Source of the DNA: an uncultured Candidatus Poseidoniales archaeon
GTDB taxonomy: Archaea; Thermoplasmatota; Poseidoniia; Poseidoniales; Thalassarchaeaceae
Direction of reading: 5' to 3'
NCBI GenBank assembly: GCA_963934015.1
Contig: CAWVWT010000002.1
Coordinates: 81,399 to 145,398, forward strand
DNA: 64,000 nt
Below are positions 36,948-47,359 of the stretch, one piece after another (the stretch's first letter is position 1; every line of letters begins with the position of its first letter). Made by a program: the position numbers and the translations under genes. Below the pieces are notes generated by a model, which was not told the origin of the DNA, searched no databases, and saw nothing but the letters and a program-made list of their open reading frames with translations.

Positions 36948-38120
36948 ATGACCCGCGATATCGATGTTGATACTCGCAGCACTGCGCTTGCAGGTAAACA
37001 CATTGCATTGGGTATTACCGGTGGTATCGCAGCAACTGAAACTGTCAAACTTTGCCGTGAATTACGCCGGCATGGTGCCGCTGTAACCACTATCATGACC
37101 ACGGCTGCCACCAAAGTGATTACTCCACTGGCGGTAGAATGGGCATCTCAGGGTAGCGTAATCACCGAGTGGACCGCTGAAATGTCACAATTGAGTCAAT
37201 TTGATGCACTGCTCATTGCGCCAGCATCCCGAAATTTCATCTCCCGATATGTAAATGGGATGATGGATCATCCACTGCTGATGAGTTGTTCGGCTGCTCG
37301 AAGTCGTTCAACACCCGTCGTAATGGTGCCCTCAATGCATAGCGATTTGTTTGATGACCCGGTTACACAAGATCTCCTCAAGCGCTTAGATGGTGAGTCT
37401 GTAATCTTGGGGCCGTTTGAAGAGGGTCGTTACAAACAACCAAACCCGGTTCAAATCGTAGCTGAATTATGTCAAGTTGTAAATTTTAATCAAAATTCGA
37501 TACATATTGCGATTACGCTCGGAGCGAATCGAGCACCTATTGATTCTGTGCGAGCAATTCAGAATGCTTCTAGCGGTGAAACTGGTTGGTATATTGCTGA
37601 ATATTTGTATCGATTTGGACACCAAATCACCGTCATTGCTGGAAAAACTAGTGCGTATCCATCATTCAATTTGCCGACGGTAATACGCGCAGGCACTCCT
37701 GATGAAATGTTGGCCGCCTGTGTCGATACAGCGAAATCAAAGCCTAGAGCGTGGATTCATGCCGCAGCAGTATTAGATTACTACACGAAACCCTTGCGCG
37801 GTAAGAAAAAGAGTGGTTCGGATTGTTGGGAATTAAATTTACAACCAGGTCCAAAGCACATCGCAGAGCTAGACCAATATGTGGGCACAGCAAAGCGTAT
37901 TGGATTCAAACTTGAAACAGGAGTAACGGTGGATGAATTACACTCTAGGGCCCTCGAGCAAATTTCGCAGTATGGTGTAGATGCAACTGTCGCCAATATC
38001 ATGGAGAAAATGCACGATTTTGATACACCTAGAGCCTATTTTGTCACCAGTGAGGCAATCACCGAGTTGGCTGACATGGATGCGATGTGCAATTCGATTT
38101 TAGGCGTCTTAATGCAATGA
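36948..38120 (+). CDS. coaBC: Bifunctional phosphopantothenoylcysteine decarboxylase / phosphopantothenate-cysteine ligase
   Basis: Flavoprotein N-domain KHIALGITGGIAATETVKL and DFP C-domain. ATG at 36948 preferred because the listed 36858 start overlaps the divergent gene. Confidence 0.8.
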   Translation: MTRDIDVDTRSTALAGKHIALGITGGIAATETVKLCRELRRHGAAVTTIMTTAATKVITPLAVEWASQGSVITEWTAEMSQLSQFDALLIAPASRNFISRYVNGMMDHPLLMSCSAARSRSTPVVMVPSMHSDLFDDPVTQDLLKRLDGESVILGPFEEGRYKQPNPVQIVAELCQVVNFNQNSIHIAITLGANRAPIDSVRAIQNASSGETGWYIAEYLYRFGHQITVIAGKTSAYPSFNLPTVIRAGTPDEMLAACVDTAKSKPRAWIHAAAVLDYYTKPLRGKKKSGSDCWELNLQPGPKHIAELDQYVGTAKRIGFKLETGVTVDELHSRALEQISQYGVDATVANIMEKMHDFDTPRAYFVTSEAITELADMDAMCNSILGVLMQ

Positions 38121-38174
38121 ATTCCGTATTCAGCGGCGTCACATTGAAGCAGAAGATATTGACGAGCGTGAATT

Positions 38175-39668
38175 ATGGCAGACCATGGGAAGGCGAAGCG
38201 TGGCATCCCCCCAAAGTCTGACTTCAATGCTTGGTACCCAGCTATTGTTGAAATTGCCGAACTGGTTGATAAGCGATATCCAATCAAGGGAATGGATGTA
38301 TGGAGGCCCTACGGATGGAAGGCAATGCGTTGCATCGATGCCCTAACCCATTCAGAAATGGAACGCACTGATCACGAAGAAGTACGATTCCCATTATTAA
38401 TCCCTGAAGATTTGCTTGAAAAGGAAAATCGGCTGGTGTCACGGCTCAAACGTGCGCGTGAGGAGGACGTTGACCCCAGTGAACTTCGGGACGATGAAGA
38501 AGAAGCTGGTTTCAAGAAAGAAGTGTATTGGGTTAAACATGCGGGAGAGACTGATCTCGAAGTCCCTATGTTCTTGCGACCAACTAGTGAAACTGCGATG
38601 TACACCATGTTTCCACTCTGGATTCGAAGCCATGCAGATTTACCATTAAAGACATATCAAATTGTCAACACATTTCGTTATGAAACCAAACAAACGCGCT
38701 CTTTTATTAGAGTACGTGAAATTCATTTCTTCGAGGCACATACAGCTCACGCCGACGAAGATTGCGCATCTCGACAAATAGAGGAAGACTTGGAAATTGT
38801 TTCTCGATTAATGGGTAGTATGTCACTTCCAGTGATTATTTCCAAACGTCCCGTCTGGGACACGTTTCCCGGTGCATGGTATACAATTGCGATAGATGTA
38901 ATCATGCCAAATGGTCGAACCTTACAAGTCGCATCATGTCACCATTACAAAGATCAGTGGGCCAAAGCATTCGATATTACATATCAAGACGCGGACGGAG
39001 GCACTCAGTATTGCCACCAGACGACATATGGGATGTCCGAACGTTTACTTGGGTCGGTAGTCGGTATGCATGGTGATGATAACGGACTCATATTCCCGCC
39101 ACAAATTGCCCCCATACAAGTTGTATTAATGCCTGTTGCTGCACATAAAAATCCATCTATAACCAAGGCTGTTGATGCTGCTGCTGCCGAGTTGCGAGGT
39201 TCAGGATATAGAGTCAAAATCGATGCACGAGATTTACGCCCAGGTCAGAAATATTGGGATTGGGAAATCAAAGGTGTCCCACTTCGATTAGAAATTGGAC
39301 CTAGAGATGTTGAAAATGGCAATGCATTTGCAGCACGTCGGACGGGTGGAAAAGAGCCGATTCCACTTGACAATATAGTGGAAGGTGTGCGAGGACAACT
39401 CGAATTGGTTCATACCGAACTAACCAATCGGAGCCAGGCACACATCAGTGATTGCATCATCCGCTTAGAAAACATGGACCAAGAAATCAATGATGGCCAT
39501 ATTTACGAAGTTGCTTTTGACGGAACCGATGCAGATGCCGAAGTCTTGGAAAAATCGACAGGATTGACAATTCTCGGTGATGCCATGGCGGGATTTTCCG
39601 AGGATCAGATTTGTATCGCTACCGGTAAATCAACCCGGCGTAAGCAGCATCTAGCTAGAATGTATTAA
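38175..39668 (+). CDS. proS: Prolyl-tRNA synthetase (archaeal/eukaryal type)
   Basis: FNAWYPAIVEIAELVDKRYPIKG N-terminus, class II motifs, and a C-terminal domain ending in Y as in archaeal ProRS. Confidence 0.9.
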   Translation: MADHGKAKRGIPPKSDFNAWYPAIVEIAELVDKRYPIKGMDVWRPYGWKAMRCIDALTHSEMERTDHEEVRFPLLIPEDLLEKENRLVSRLKRAREEDVDPSELRDDEEEAGFKKEVYWVKHAGETDLEVPMFLRPTSETAMYTMFPLWIRSHADLPLKTYQIVNTFRYETKQTRSFIRVREIHFFEAHTAHADEDCASRQIEEDLEIVSRLMGSMSLPVIISKRPVWDTFPGAWYTIAIDVIMPNGRTLQVASCHHYKDQWAKAFDITYQDADGGTQYCHQTTYGMSERLLGSVVGMHGDDNGLIFPPQIAPIQVVLMPVAAHKNPSITKAVDAAAAELRGSGYRVKIDARDLRPGQKYWDWEIKGVPLRLEIGPRDVENGNAFAARRTGGKEPIPLDNIVEGVRGQLELVHTELTNRSQAHISDCIIRLENMDQEINDGHIYEVAFDGTDADAEVLEKSTGLTILGDAMAGFSEDQICIATGKSTRRKQHLARMY

Positions 39669-40276
39669 TCGCGTGCTCGCCACCCATTTACGATGTACCA
39701 CACACTCATTAAGAGTAGAAGTACATCAGGTATACCAATATCGCCTGTTGGACTCCATGCTATGTGTTCATCCATACGATGGAATTCTAGCCAATTTAGT
39801 TTCATACTTGTTGAACATGTAGCATGAACGTCGGATGCACAATTTGAAAGTATATTTCCAAATCCGTAAAATAAGTTTACAATAACACCGGTTGCTCCTA
39901 GCAAACCACCTAAAATACTCAATTTGTGTTTCAGAGAACGCCCAGCAATACCTTCATCGTCAATAGAATACGATGGGTTTGGTGGCATGTCTTCTGGCAT
40001 CGGAAGTGGGAGTCCACCTTCTGGCATATCATCGATTAGTAAATCATCGCCATCAATTTCCGAAAATTGTTCAGCAAGGGCACGTTTAGTTTCACCGCGT
40101 GAGATTCCAACATTGTCTAAAAATTCGGTCCCATAAATTCGTTCAGCCAAACTAGCCAAGACTGGATCATCAGCGATTTGCTGGGCTGAAAGTTTGCCAT
40201 CAAGGAGTTCCTTGAGTCGACTATCATCTTCACTCATGTGTTCCCCTCTAATGGGTGCGTGCCCCCACCTCTTCAT
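39665..40276 (-). CDS. Hypothetical membrane protein
   Basis: Acidic N-terminal half and two C-terminal TM segments. Start ambiguous (ATG 40276 or 40237). Confidence 0.4.
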   Translation of the reverse strand: MKRWGHAPIRGEHMSEDDSRLKELLDGKLSAQQIADDPVLASLAERIYGTEFLDNVGISRGETKRALAEQFSEIDGDDLLIDDMPEGGLPLPMPEDMPPNPSYSIDDEGIAGRSLKHKLSILGGLLGATGVIVNLFYGFGNILSNCASDVHATCSTSMKLNWLEFHRMDEHIAWSPTGDIGIPDVLLLLMSVWYIVNGWRARD

Positions 40277-40306
40277 CAAGGCTATGGAGCAGAGGGGGGT
40301 TCATAC

Positions 40307-41254
40307 TTACCTCCGAGAGATTGCACGTTGGGCTGCTTTCGAGATGTCATTAGCCTTCATATGTAGCATTTCAAGCAATTCATCACTACCACCTGATTCT
40401 CCAAATCTATCTTGGACCCCAATTCGCTCAACTGGGACTGGATGTTCTGAAACAATGCATTCTGAAACCGCACCACCAAGACCCCCGATGATAGAATGAT
40501 CTTCAGCCGTTACAATCGCACCACATCGCTTGGCTAAATCTACAATTAATTCTGTATCTAATGGCTTGATTGTATGCATATCGACAACTGTAGCTTCAAT
40601 TCCCTGTTGCGAGAGAGATTCTGCTGCATCAAGGGCTTCATTGAGTAATACACCACAGGCGATAATGGCCACATCATCTCCAGTTCGGTGGACATACCCT
40701 TTGCCGATTTGCAATTGGGCGGCCGACTCTTCGGTGTAAGCACGCTGCACCTTATTTCTGGCAGTGCGCATATAGGAAGGTCGTTCATGTTGTCTTAGCG
40801 CAAGCGTCAATGCCTTTGCTGAAATGTCGTCGCACGGATGCATCACAGTCATGTTGGGCAATGTCCGATATATGGCTAGATCCTCAATCGACTGGGCACT
40901 GGAACCATCAGTTCCAGTATGGATACCACCATGACTTCCACAGAGGTGGACAACAATATTCGGACGCGCTATTCCATTTCGAACTTGCTCGAATCCTCTT
41001 TCAGTAAAAATTGCAAAAGTAGAGGCAAATGGAACATAACCTGATGTAGACAAGCCAGCAGCAACCAACATCATATTTTGTTCAGCAATACCCAAACTTA
41101 CAGTATGGCTTGGCTTTTCTGCCCTGAATAGGCAAGATTTAGTTGATTTACCGAGATCTGCTTCCAAAACCACTACTCGGTCATCACCGACCATTTCGAG
41201 GAGTGCAGCTCCGTAGCCATCTCGACTTGCCCCCCCGCCGCTTGGAGCACTCAT
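40307..41254 (-). CDS. Transketolase, C-terminal (pyrimidine-binding) subunit
   Basis: GIAEQNMMLVAAGL and downstream transketolase C-domain. The start overlaps the stop of the N-terminal subunit gene. Confidence 0.9.
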   Translation of the reverse strand: MSAPSGGGASRDGYGAALLEMVGDDRVVVLEADLGKSTKSCLFRAEKPSHTVSLGIAEQNMMLVAAGLSTSGYVPFASTFAIFTERGFEQVRNGIARPNIVVHLCGSHGGIHTGTDGSSAQSIEDLAIYRTLPNMTVMHPCDDISAKALTLALRQHERPSYMRTARNKVQRAYTEESAAQLQIGKGYVHRTGDDVAIIACGVLLNEALDAAESLSQQGIEATVVDMHTIKPLDTELIVDLAKRCGAIVTAEDHSIIGGLGGAVSECIVSEHPVPVERIGVQDRFGESGGSDELLEMLHMKANDISKAAQRAISRR

Positions 41255-42081
41255 GCTAATTCCTCCATGGCCAAATTGAATTGTGCTTCGCTAGGAGCGG
41301 CCCCATGAAATTTAGGATTGTTTTCCATATATGAAACTCCTTTTCCTTTGATAGTGTGCATCACAATACATGCGGGCCCATCAGTGACCTGATCAGCCCA
41401 ATCGATAGCGTTGACAACTTGCTGCATATCGTGCCCATCAATTTCCATCACAGCCCAACCAAAGGCAGCAAATTTTTCTGCAACATCGAACATTCGCATT
41501 TGTGTTTCGCAGAAATCATCGTTCTGGATACCGTTACGATCAACGATTACGTTCAAATTTCCAATTTCATGATGCACGGCAGCCATCACACCTTCCCAAA
41601 TTTGTCCTTCTTGTAATTCCCCATCGCCTAGCATTACCCATGCAGTACGATCGCTACCATCTAGTGTTGCGGCAAGCGCGCACCCTATTCCGAAGGATAG
41701 CCCCATGCCTAGGCTACCGGCACTGAAATCAACACCTGGGCACCATTTCATGTCCACGTGACCTTGGCACCTTCCACCGAGCTTGCGGTATGTCCACAAA
41801 TCCGACTCAGATAAAAATCCACGTTCATGTAGAATAGAATATACCCCCGGGCTTGCATGCCCTTTGCTCATGATAAATCGGTCTCTATTGGCCCACGTGG
41901 AATCATTTGTATCGACACGCAGTCGGTGGCCATACAAGCCAGTCAGCATGTCGATTGCACTCAAGCTTCCACCAGGGTGTCCTGCACCAATTCCGTATAC
42001 CATCCGAACTATGTTACGACGGCAGCGTTTAGCCATCATTTCTAGTTCAGCGATATCCAATCCCATGCCCCGTTCAGCCAT
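41251..42081 (-). CDS. Transketolase, N-terminal (ThDP-binding) subunit
   Basis: GAGHPGGSLS, MSKGHASP and GDGELQEGQIWE motifs. Confidence 0.9.
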   Translation of the reverse strand: MAERGMGLDIAELEMMAKRCRRNIVRMVYGIGAGHPGGSLSAIDMLTGLYGHRLRVDTNDSTWANRDRFIMSKGHASPGVYSILHERGFLSESDLWTYRKLGGRCQGHVDMKWCPGVDFSAGSLGMGLSFGIGCALAATLDGSDRTAWVMLGDGELQEGQIWEGVMAAVHHEIGNLNVIVDRNGIQNDDFCETQMRMFDVAEKFAAFGWAVMEIDGHDMQQVVNAIDWADQVTDGPACIVMHTIKGKGVSYMENNPKFHGAAPSEAQFNLAMEELA

Positions 42082-42144
42082 ACCATCACTAATTTGGTCC
42101 TCACCCGGGGGGTCTTTGAGCGTTACCGCAATACAATGCGAATT

Positions 42145-44313
42145 TTAAGAGCGCATTGATGGTGGTTTCAAGGAGTTGATGAATCTCCTAATGCCATCTA
42201 CCGCAATCGCAATCCAATCAATTAACAGGTTACCACGTCCATTCTTTGAGTGTGGCATGCCACGTGTTGCAAGATATGTAAAGACCAAGAAGAACCAGAC
42301 AAAGAACAGAACAGATAACCAAGTAGGAAGCGTGCCAATAACACGTTCATTACACATTGAGTGCCCTGTCGCAGAATCAACATAGGATTCGCTACAGAAC
42401 CACTCACCTGGAACTCGAATCGGCTTGACTAAATTAGCGATTACAATAAACATGGCAACAACAACTCCCATCAGAGCCTCTCCAGCAATCATCCCCGCCG
42501 AAAGTAGCAACCCCCGTTTGGAGACTTCCGTTCCGGCTTCAACTGCCTCCTCACTTGGATCTCCTGACAACGAACCATCGACTCTTAAATGCGTGGTTCG
42601 CACTACAAAATGACTCAGTAGACCCCCGATAAAAATGGTTGCTGAAAGATAGAATGGTAGGTACATTCCAATTGCAACAGACATTACTGGAAGCCCCTTC
42701 CAAATGATAAGAATCGCAACCAAAACACCCAACCCGAGCATTGGGTAATTGACCGTCCCCCCAAATATCCCTTCAATTAGTGTGCCGATAATTTCTGCCT
42801 GAGGAGCTGCTAAAGCGCTAGAACATGTTGGGTCATTGGCAGGGGGGTTTGACATACAATATGTGTTTGTAATTCTATATGCATCATTGAGGACGACCAA
42901 AGTCAGTGGTGCCATCACAGCTCCAGTGATGACTCCAACAATTTCAGCAATTTGCTGCTTCCATGGAGTTGCGCCAACCAAATGCCCAGTTTTCAAATCC
43001 TGCATTACATCTCCTGCGATTGCGGCATTTACGGCGACAACACTAGCAATAATCAGGGTTGCATACATCAATTCATTTTGTTCCATTCCCAATAGTAGAT
43101 CACCAACAATCCAAACAAGTAGTGCAGTCGCCATTAGTGTCGCGATTGTCATGCCCGAAACTGGTGAATTGCTTGAACCTACGACACCTGCAATATATCC
43201 GGCAACTGCGGAGAAGAAAAAGGCAGTCATAGCCAAGAATAACGACCCCACAGCACCTAGAATTAGCGATTCCATCATAGAAGCCCCTTTCAGATTTAAT
43301 CTCCATGTGTAGAAAATGAACGTTAGGATTACTATAGCAATCAATACTGGCATCATTTTCTTCATGGGTAAATCTTGTTCAGTTCGAGGTAAACCTTGTA
43401 CATCGTCCCCTAAATCAGATCCAAATACACGCTTAACACCAGTCATGATTGTCTTTCTCATTGACCAAAGGGTCCACAACCCGCCTACAACCATACAGCC
43501 TACACCGACGAATTTGACGTGGGTACTCCACAGTGAATGGGCGCTATGTGCTAGATCCATGCCGCCGCTTGGCCATCCATGAACTAAGCCATAAACTGGC
43601 GTAATTAACAGTACACCGATAATGGCTCCTGTGAAAATATATGACGCTATTCGTAATCCAACGATGTAGCCTACAGAAAGGAGTGCTAGGGACAAGTCAG
43701 AAGCACCATAAATTCTCGCTCCAGCAATATCAATTCCTGCCATAACCTTCCCTTCAACAATTTCAAATCCCTTAACAAACCATCCGTATAATGCACCTAA
43801 ACCAAGTGCATATAGAATGACAATCAGAGAAGAACCACCCTTTTCACCTGCAACAAGAACTTCTTCGCATGCTATCCCTTCAGGATACAGTAACGCTTCC
43901 TCGACGATGAATACACGCCGTAATGCAATGGTGAAGATTGTACCCAAAACACCCCCCAGAATTGCGACGCAAAATACGGTAACAAAATTCATGTCGCCCG
44001 CAAATCCCATTACTAGAAGTGCAGGCATTGTGAATATGATCCCAGCAGCGAGTGATTCTCCTGCCGAGGTCATTGTTTGAACCACATTGTTTTCGAGGAT
44101 TGTCACATCCTTGAACTTCATTAGTCGAAGAAGTAGCATCGACATGACGGCTGCTGGGATAGAGGCAGATACAGTCATCCCCATATACAGTCCAAGATAC
44201 GTGTTAGCCGCAGTCATCAGCGCACCCAATACGATACCGAGGACAATTGCGCGGACTGTTAATTCTGCAATATTCTTGTCAGCGGTCACATATGGTGTGT
44301 GGGTGGCCGTCAT
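42145..44313 (-). CDS. OPT-family oligopeptide transporter
   Basis: 722-aa polytopic protein. The N-terminus ELTVRAIVLGIVLGALMTAANTYLGLYMGMTVSASIPAAV is typical of the OPT superfamily. Confidence 0.8.
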   Translation of the reverse strand: MTATHTPYVTADKNIAELTVRAIVLGIVLGALMTAANTYLGLYMGMTVSASIPAAVMSMLLLRLMKFKDVTILENNVVQTMTSAGESLAAGIIFTMPALLVMGFAGDMNFVTVFCVAILGGVLGTIFTIALRRVFIVEEALLYPEGIACEEVLVAGEKGGSSLIVILYALGLGALYGWFVKGFEIVEGKVMAGIDIAGARIYGASDLSLALLSVGYIVGLRIASYIFTGAIIGVLLITPVYGLVHGWPSGGMDLAHSAHSLWSTHVKFVGVGCMVVGGLWTLWSMRKTIMTGVKRVFGSDLGDDVQGLPRTEQDLPMKKMMPVLIAIVILTFIFYTWRLNLKGASMMESLILGAVGSLFLAMTAFFFSAVAGYIAGVVGSSNSPVSGMTIATLMATALLVWIVGDLLLGMEQNELMYATLIIASVVAVNAAIAGDVMQDLKTGHLVGATPWKQQIAEIVGVITGAVMAPLTLVVLNDAYRITNTYCMSNPPANDPTCSSALAAPQAEIIGTLIEGIFGGTVNYPMLGLGVLVAILIIWKGLPVMSVAIGMYLPFYLSATIFIGGLLSHFVVRTTHLRVDGSLSGDPSEEAVEAGTEVSKRGLLLSAGMIAGEALMGVVVAMFIVIANLVKPIRVPGEWFCSESYVDSATGHSMCNERVIGTLPTWLSVLFFVWFFLVFTYLATRGMPHSKNGRGNLLIDWIAIAVDGIRRFINSLKPPSMRS

Positions 44314-44436
44314 ATGCCTACGACTTCAATTAGGATTGTCAAGCATCCGGTTGACCAAACAGAAAATGTTCAGGTCCCTACAGGGACCCCGAACATGAGT
44401 ATCATAAGCAAGGGTACACCACGACATTGTGTTCAT

Positions 44437-47355
44437 ATGTCAGCGGATGCTATGAAGTCCGACCATCCCGAAGGGGAGTGGCACGCACTTCCAATCGAGG
44501 AAGTGTTTGAGGTGTTGCAATCGCACGATGCCGGTTTGTCCAACGATGAAGTTATTCATCGACGCGAATTATACGGTGAAAATAAACTCGCTGCAAAACC
44601 GCCAGTCCCGAAATGGAAACGTTTTCTCGAGCAATTCCAAGACCCAATGGTGTACCTATTGATTATTGCCGCTGTTATCGCATTTATCTTCGAACGCGAT
44701 GATATCGGCACTCCAATATTTATTGTGATCGCACTTTCACTGAATGCATTTTTTGGTTATTTGCAGGAATCACGCGCGGAAGAGGCGATGGAATCTCTAA
44801 AGAAATTATTAGTGAGTCATTGCGTTGCTCTGCGTGATGGATCGGAATTCAAGGTGAGCATCGAGGAACTTGTACCTGGCGATGTAATTTGGTTGGAAGA
44901 TGGATTGAATGTTCCGGCAGACATTCGTATTTTTGAAATCCATCAATTACTTGTTGATGAATCAAGCCTAACTGGTGAGTCCAATGTCATACACAAACAA
45001 ATTGAACCCGTATCTGCTGATTCTATTCTACAAGAGCAATCTAACATGGCATTCATGGGCACTGTTGCTTCAAGTGGTCGAGCTAAAGGGATTGTCACAA
45101 GAGTTGGCATGAATACAATCCTTGGCGGGATTGCTTCAGGTATTAGTGATGTCACAACTCCAAAAACACCACTTGAGGTTAAATTGGAATCACTCGGTAA
45201 ATTCCTAGGTGGGATCGCAGTTACATGTGCAGCATTGTTGTTGTTGCTCCATGTCGTCAAAGCTTGGGGCGAAGGATCTACCGATAGTATGTATGATGTG
45301 ATTGCCGAACAGTTTCTCGTATCGGTAGTGATATTCGTAGCAATTGTACCTGAGGGATTACCAATTATTTTGGTGATATCCTTGTCAATGGGTATGCGAA
45401 ACATGGCAAGGCAAAAAGCGATTGTGCGGAAAATGAAGGCTGTTGAAACATTGGGCTCGACAACTATAATCTGTACTGATAAAACTGGCACAATTACACG
45501 TAATGAAATGACTGTTCGAGCATTTTTACTCAATGGTGAGAGCTATGGTGTATCTGGTAGAGGATTTGATCCTACAGTAGGAAGACTGCAGAAAGGTGGT
45601 AAAGACTTGCCTGAATCAGAACTCGCTGAATTACATACGAATATCGCATTTAGGCAGGCAATTGCTGCATGCTTGCTTTGTCAGAATTCTAATCTGAACC
45701 TCATTGATGATGAATGGCAGTCTGTTGGAGATCCTACAGATTCAGCCTGTGCAGTTTTCGGTTGGAAATTGAAAGAATCTGTAGATTCATATCGCCGTCG
45801 TCACCCAAGGTTCCGAGAATTTACGTTCGATCGAACAAGGAAACGAATGACTACAATTCACGAATTTGATGGGGAGAGGTGGGCATTTTCCAAGGGGGCT
45901 TTGGGGCCTTTCATGGGTGTTGTAACCCATATTTATGAGAATGGGGAAATTGTTTCACTCGAAGGTCGTCATAAAGATACGATTTCTGAGATCAACTTGG
46001 AATATGCTTCGCGGGCACTGCGCGTTCTTGCCTTGTGTGCGCGAAGAGTATCGGATGATGTCGACATAGATTCTGTTGAATCTGTTGAAGAGGAGATGAT
46101 ATTCTTGGGTTTGGTGGGAATTATGGACCCACCTAGGCCAGAAGTTCTAGATTCGATTTCAAAATGTCATGCCGCTGGTATTCGTGTTACAATGATTACT
46201 GGTGATCAACGCATGACTGCAATGGCGGTAGGCAAAGAAATTGGAATTGTGCTGGACGATTCAGATCACATGAGTGGTAAAGAATTGAGGGAATGCTCCG
46301 ATACTGAATTGCGTGAACGATTGGGTACAGTAGCCGTCTTTAGTAGAGTGACTCCTGATCAAAAATTGCGTATTGTCGAGCAATTGCAGGTACAGGGTCA
46401 CGTTGTAGCTATGACTGGTGATGGTGATAATGACGCTCCCGCGCTATCTCAGGCAAACATTGGTGTTGCCATGGGCAATACAGGAACCGATGTTGCTAGA
46501 GATGCCTCAGACATGGTGCTACAGGATGACAATTTCGCAAATATTGTTTCTGCTGTGGAAGAAGGGCGCAAATTATATCTCAATATCCGTAATTTTGTCC
46601 GCTACCAAATTTCTACAAATGTAGCGGCTGTTTTGTTAATTGTCATCACACCATTCCTGTTCGGTTGGGATTTACCGTTGACTGTGACCCAATTACTTGT
46701 AATCAATATTTTGATGGATGGCCCACCTGCTGTTGCTTTAGGCATAGAGAAACGGCACGCAGATGTAATGAATGAACCACCTAGAGAGTTAGATGAATCG
46801 CTGCCAAATCGTTCTGATCGTAGTGTAATTATCATGCTTGGTATTGTGATGTTCCTGGGTACAGCTGCTGTGTTTTGGTTTTCAGGTGGGGGGATTGTTT
46901 CAAGTGAGGAACCATGCACTGAATTCGATGGTAGTATAGAAGAAAGTTATTTTGACGAGAATGGATATTGTATTGAAGACGCGTGGCGTGCTGATGCCGA
47001 AGAACGGTTTTTGAAAGCGCAGACAATGGCATTTTCTGTGTTTGTTCTATTCCAATTATTCAATGTGCTAAACTGTAGAAGTACCGATCGTAGCATTTTT
47101 GAATTAGGATTATTCAACAATAAAGCAATTACAATTTCATTTGCAATCAGTGCTGTATTTTTGTTATTCTTGGTTCAAGGTTCAATGTTGTCCATCCCAT
47201 TGATTGGTATTGAGATCGGCGATCTACTTTCGGTGGTTCCACTTGAATTACAGGATTGGGGAATTGTATTCGCAACTGCTTCTGGCGTATTCTTTTTCGA
47301 TGAAGTTCGAAAACTTATATTCCGTTCGCAGCAACCAAAAAAATTGAACAGGTGA
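44437..47355 (+). CDS. P-type cation-transporting ATPase (type II, Ca2+/Na+-like)
   Basis: TGES, PEGLP, phosphorylation site ICTDKTGTITRN, MITGD, TGDGDNDAP. ATG at 44437 chosen because upstream starts overlap the divergent OPT gene. Confidence 0.9.
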   Translation: MSADAMKSDHPEGEWHALPIEEVFEVLQSHDAGLSNDEVIHRRELYGENKLAAKPPVPKWKRFLEQFQDPMVYLLIIAAVIAFIFERDDIGTPIFIVIALSLNAFFGYLQESRAEEAMESLKKLLVSHCVALRDGSEFKVSIEELVPGDVIWLEDGLNVPADIRIFEIHQLLVDESSLTGESNVIHKQIEPVSADSILQEQSNMAFMGTVASSGRAKGIVTRVGMNTILGGIASGISDVTTPKTPLEVKLESLGKFLGGIAVTCAALLLLLHVVKAWGEGSTDSMYDVIAEQFLVSVVIFVAIVPEGLPIILVISLSMGMRNMARQKAIVRKMKAVETLGSTTIICTDKTGTITRNEMTVRAFLLNGESYGVSGRGFDPTVGRLQKGGKDLPESELAELHTNIAFRQAIAACLLCQNSNLNLIDDEWQSVGDPTDSACAVFGWKLKESVDSYRRRHPRFREFTFDRTRKRMTTIHEFDGERWAFSKGALGPFMGVVTHIYENGEIVSLEGRHKDTISEINLEYASRALRVLALCARRVSDDVDIDSVESVEEEMIFLGLVGIMDPPRPEVLDSISKCHAAGIRVTMITGDQRMTAMAVGKEIGIVLDDSDHMSGKELRECSDTELRERLGTVAVFSRVTPDQKLRIVEQLQVQGHVVAMTGDGDNDAPALSQANIGVAMGNTGTDVARDASDMVLQDDNFANIVSAVEEGRKLYLNIRNFVRYQISTNVAAVLLIVITPFLFGWDLPLTVTQLLVINILMDGPPAVALGIEKRHADVMNEPPRELDESLPNRSDRSVIIMLGIVMFLGTAAVFWFSGGGIVSSEEPCTEFDGSIEESYFDENGYCIEDAWRADAEERFLKAQTMAFSVFVLFQLFNVLNCRSTDRSIFELGLFNNKAITISFAISAVFLLFLVQGSMLSIPLIGIEIGDLLSVVPLELQDWGIVFATASGVFFFDEVRKLIFRSQQPKKLNR

Positions 47356-47359
47356 TGGA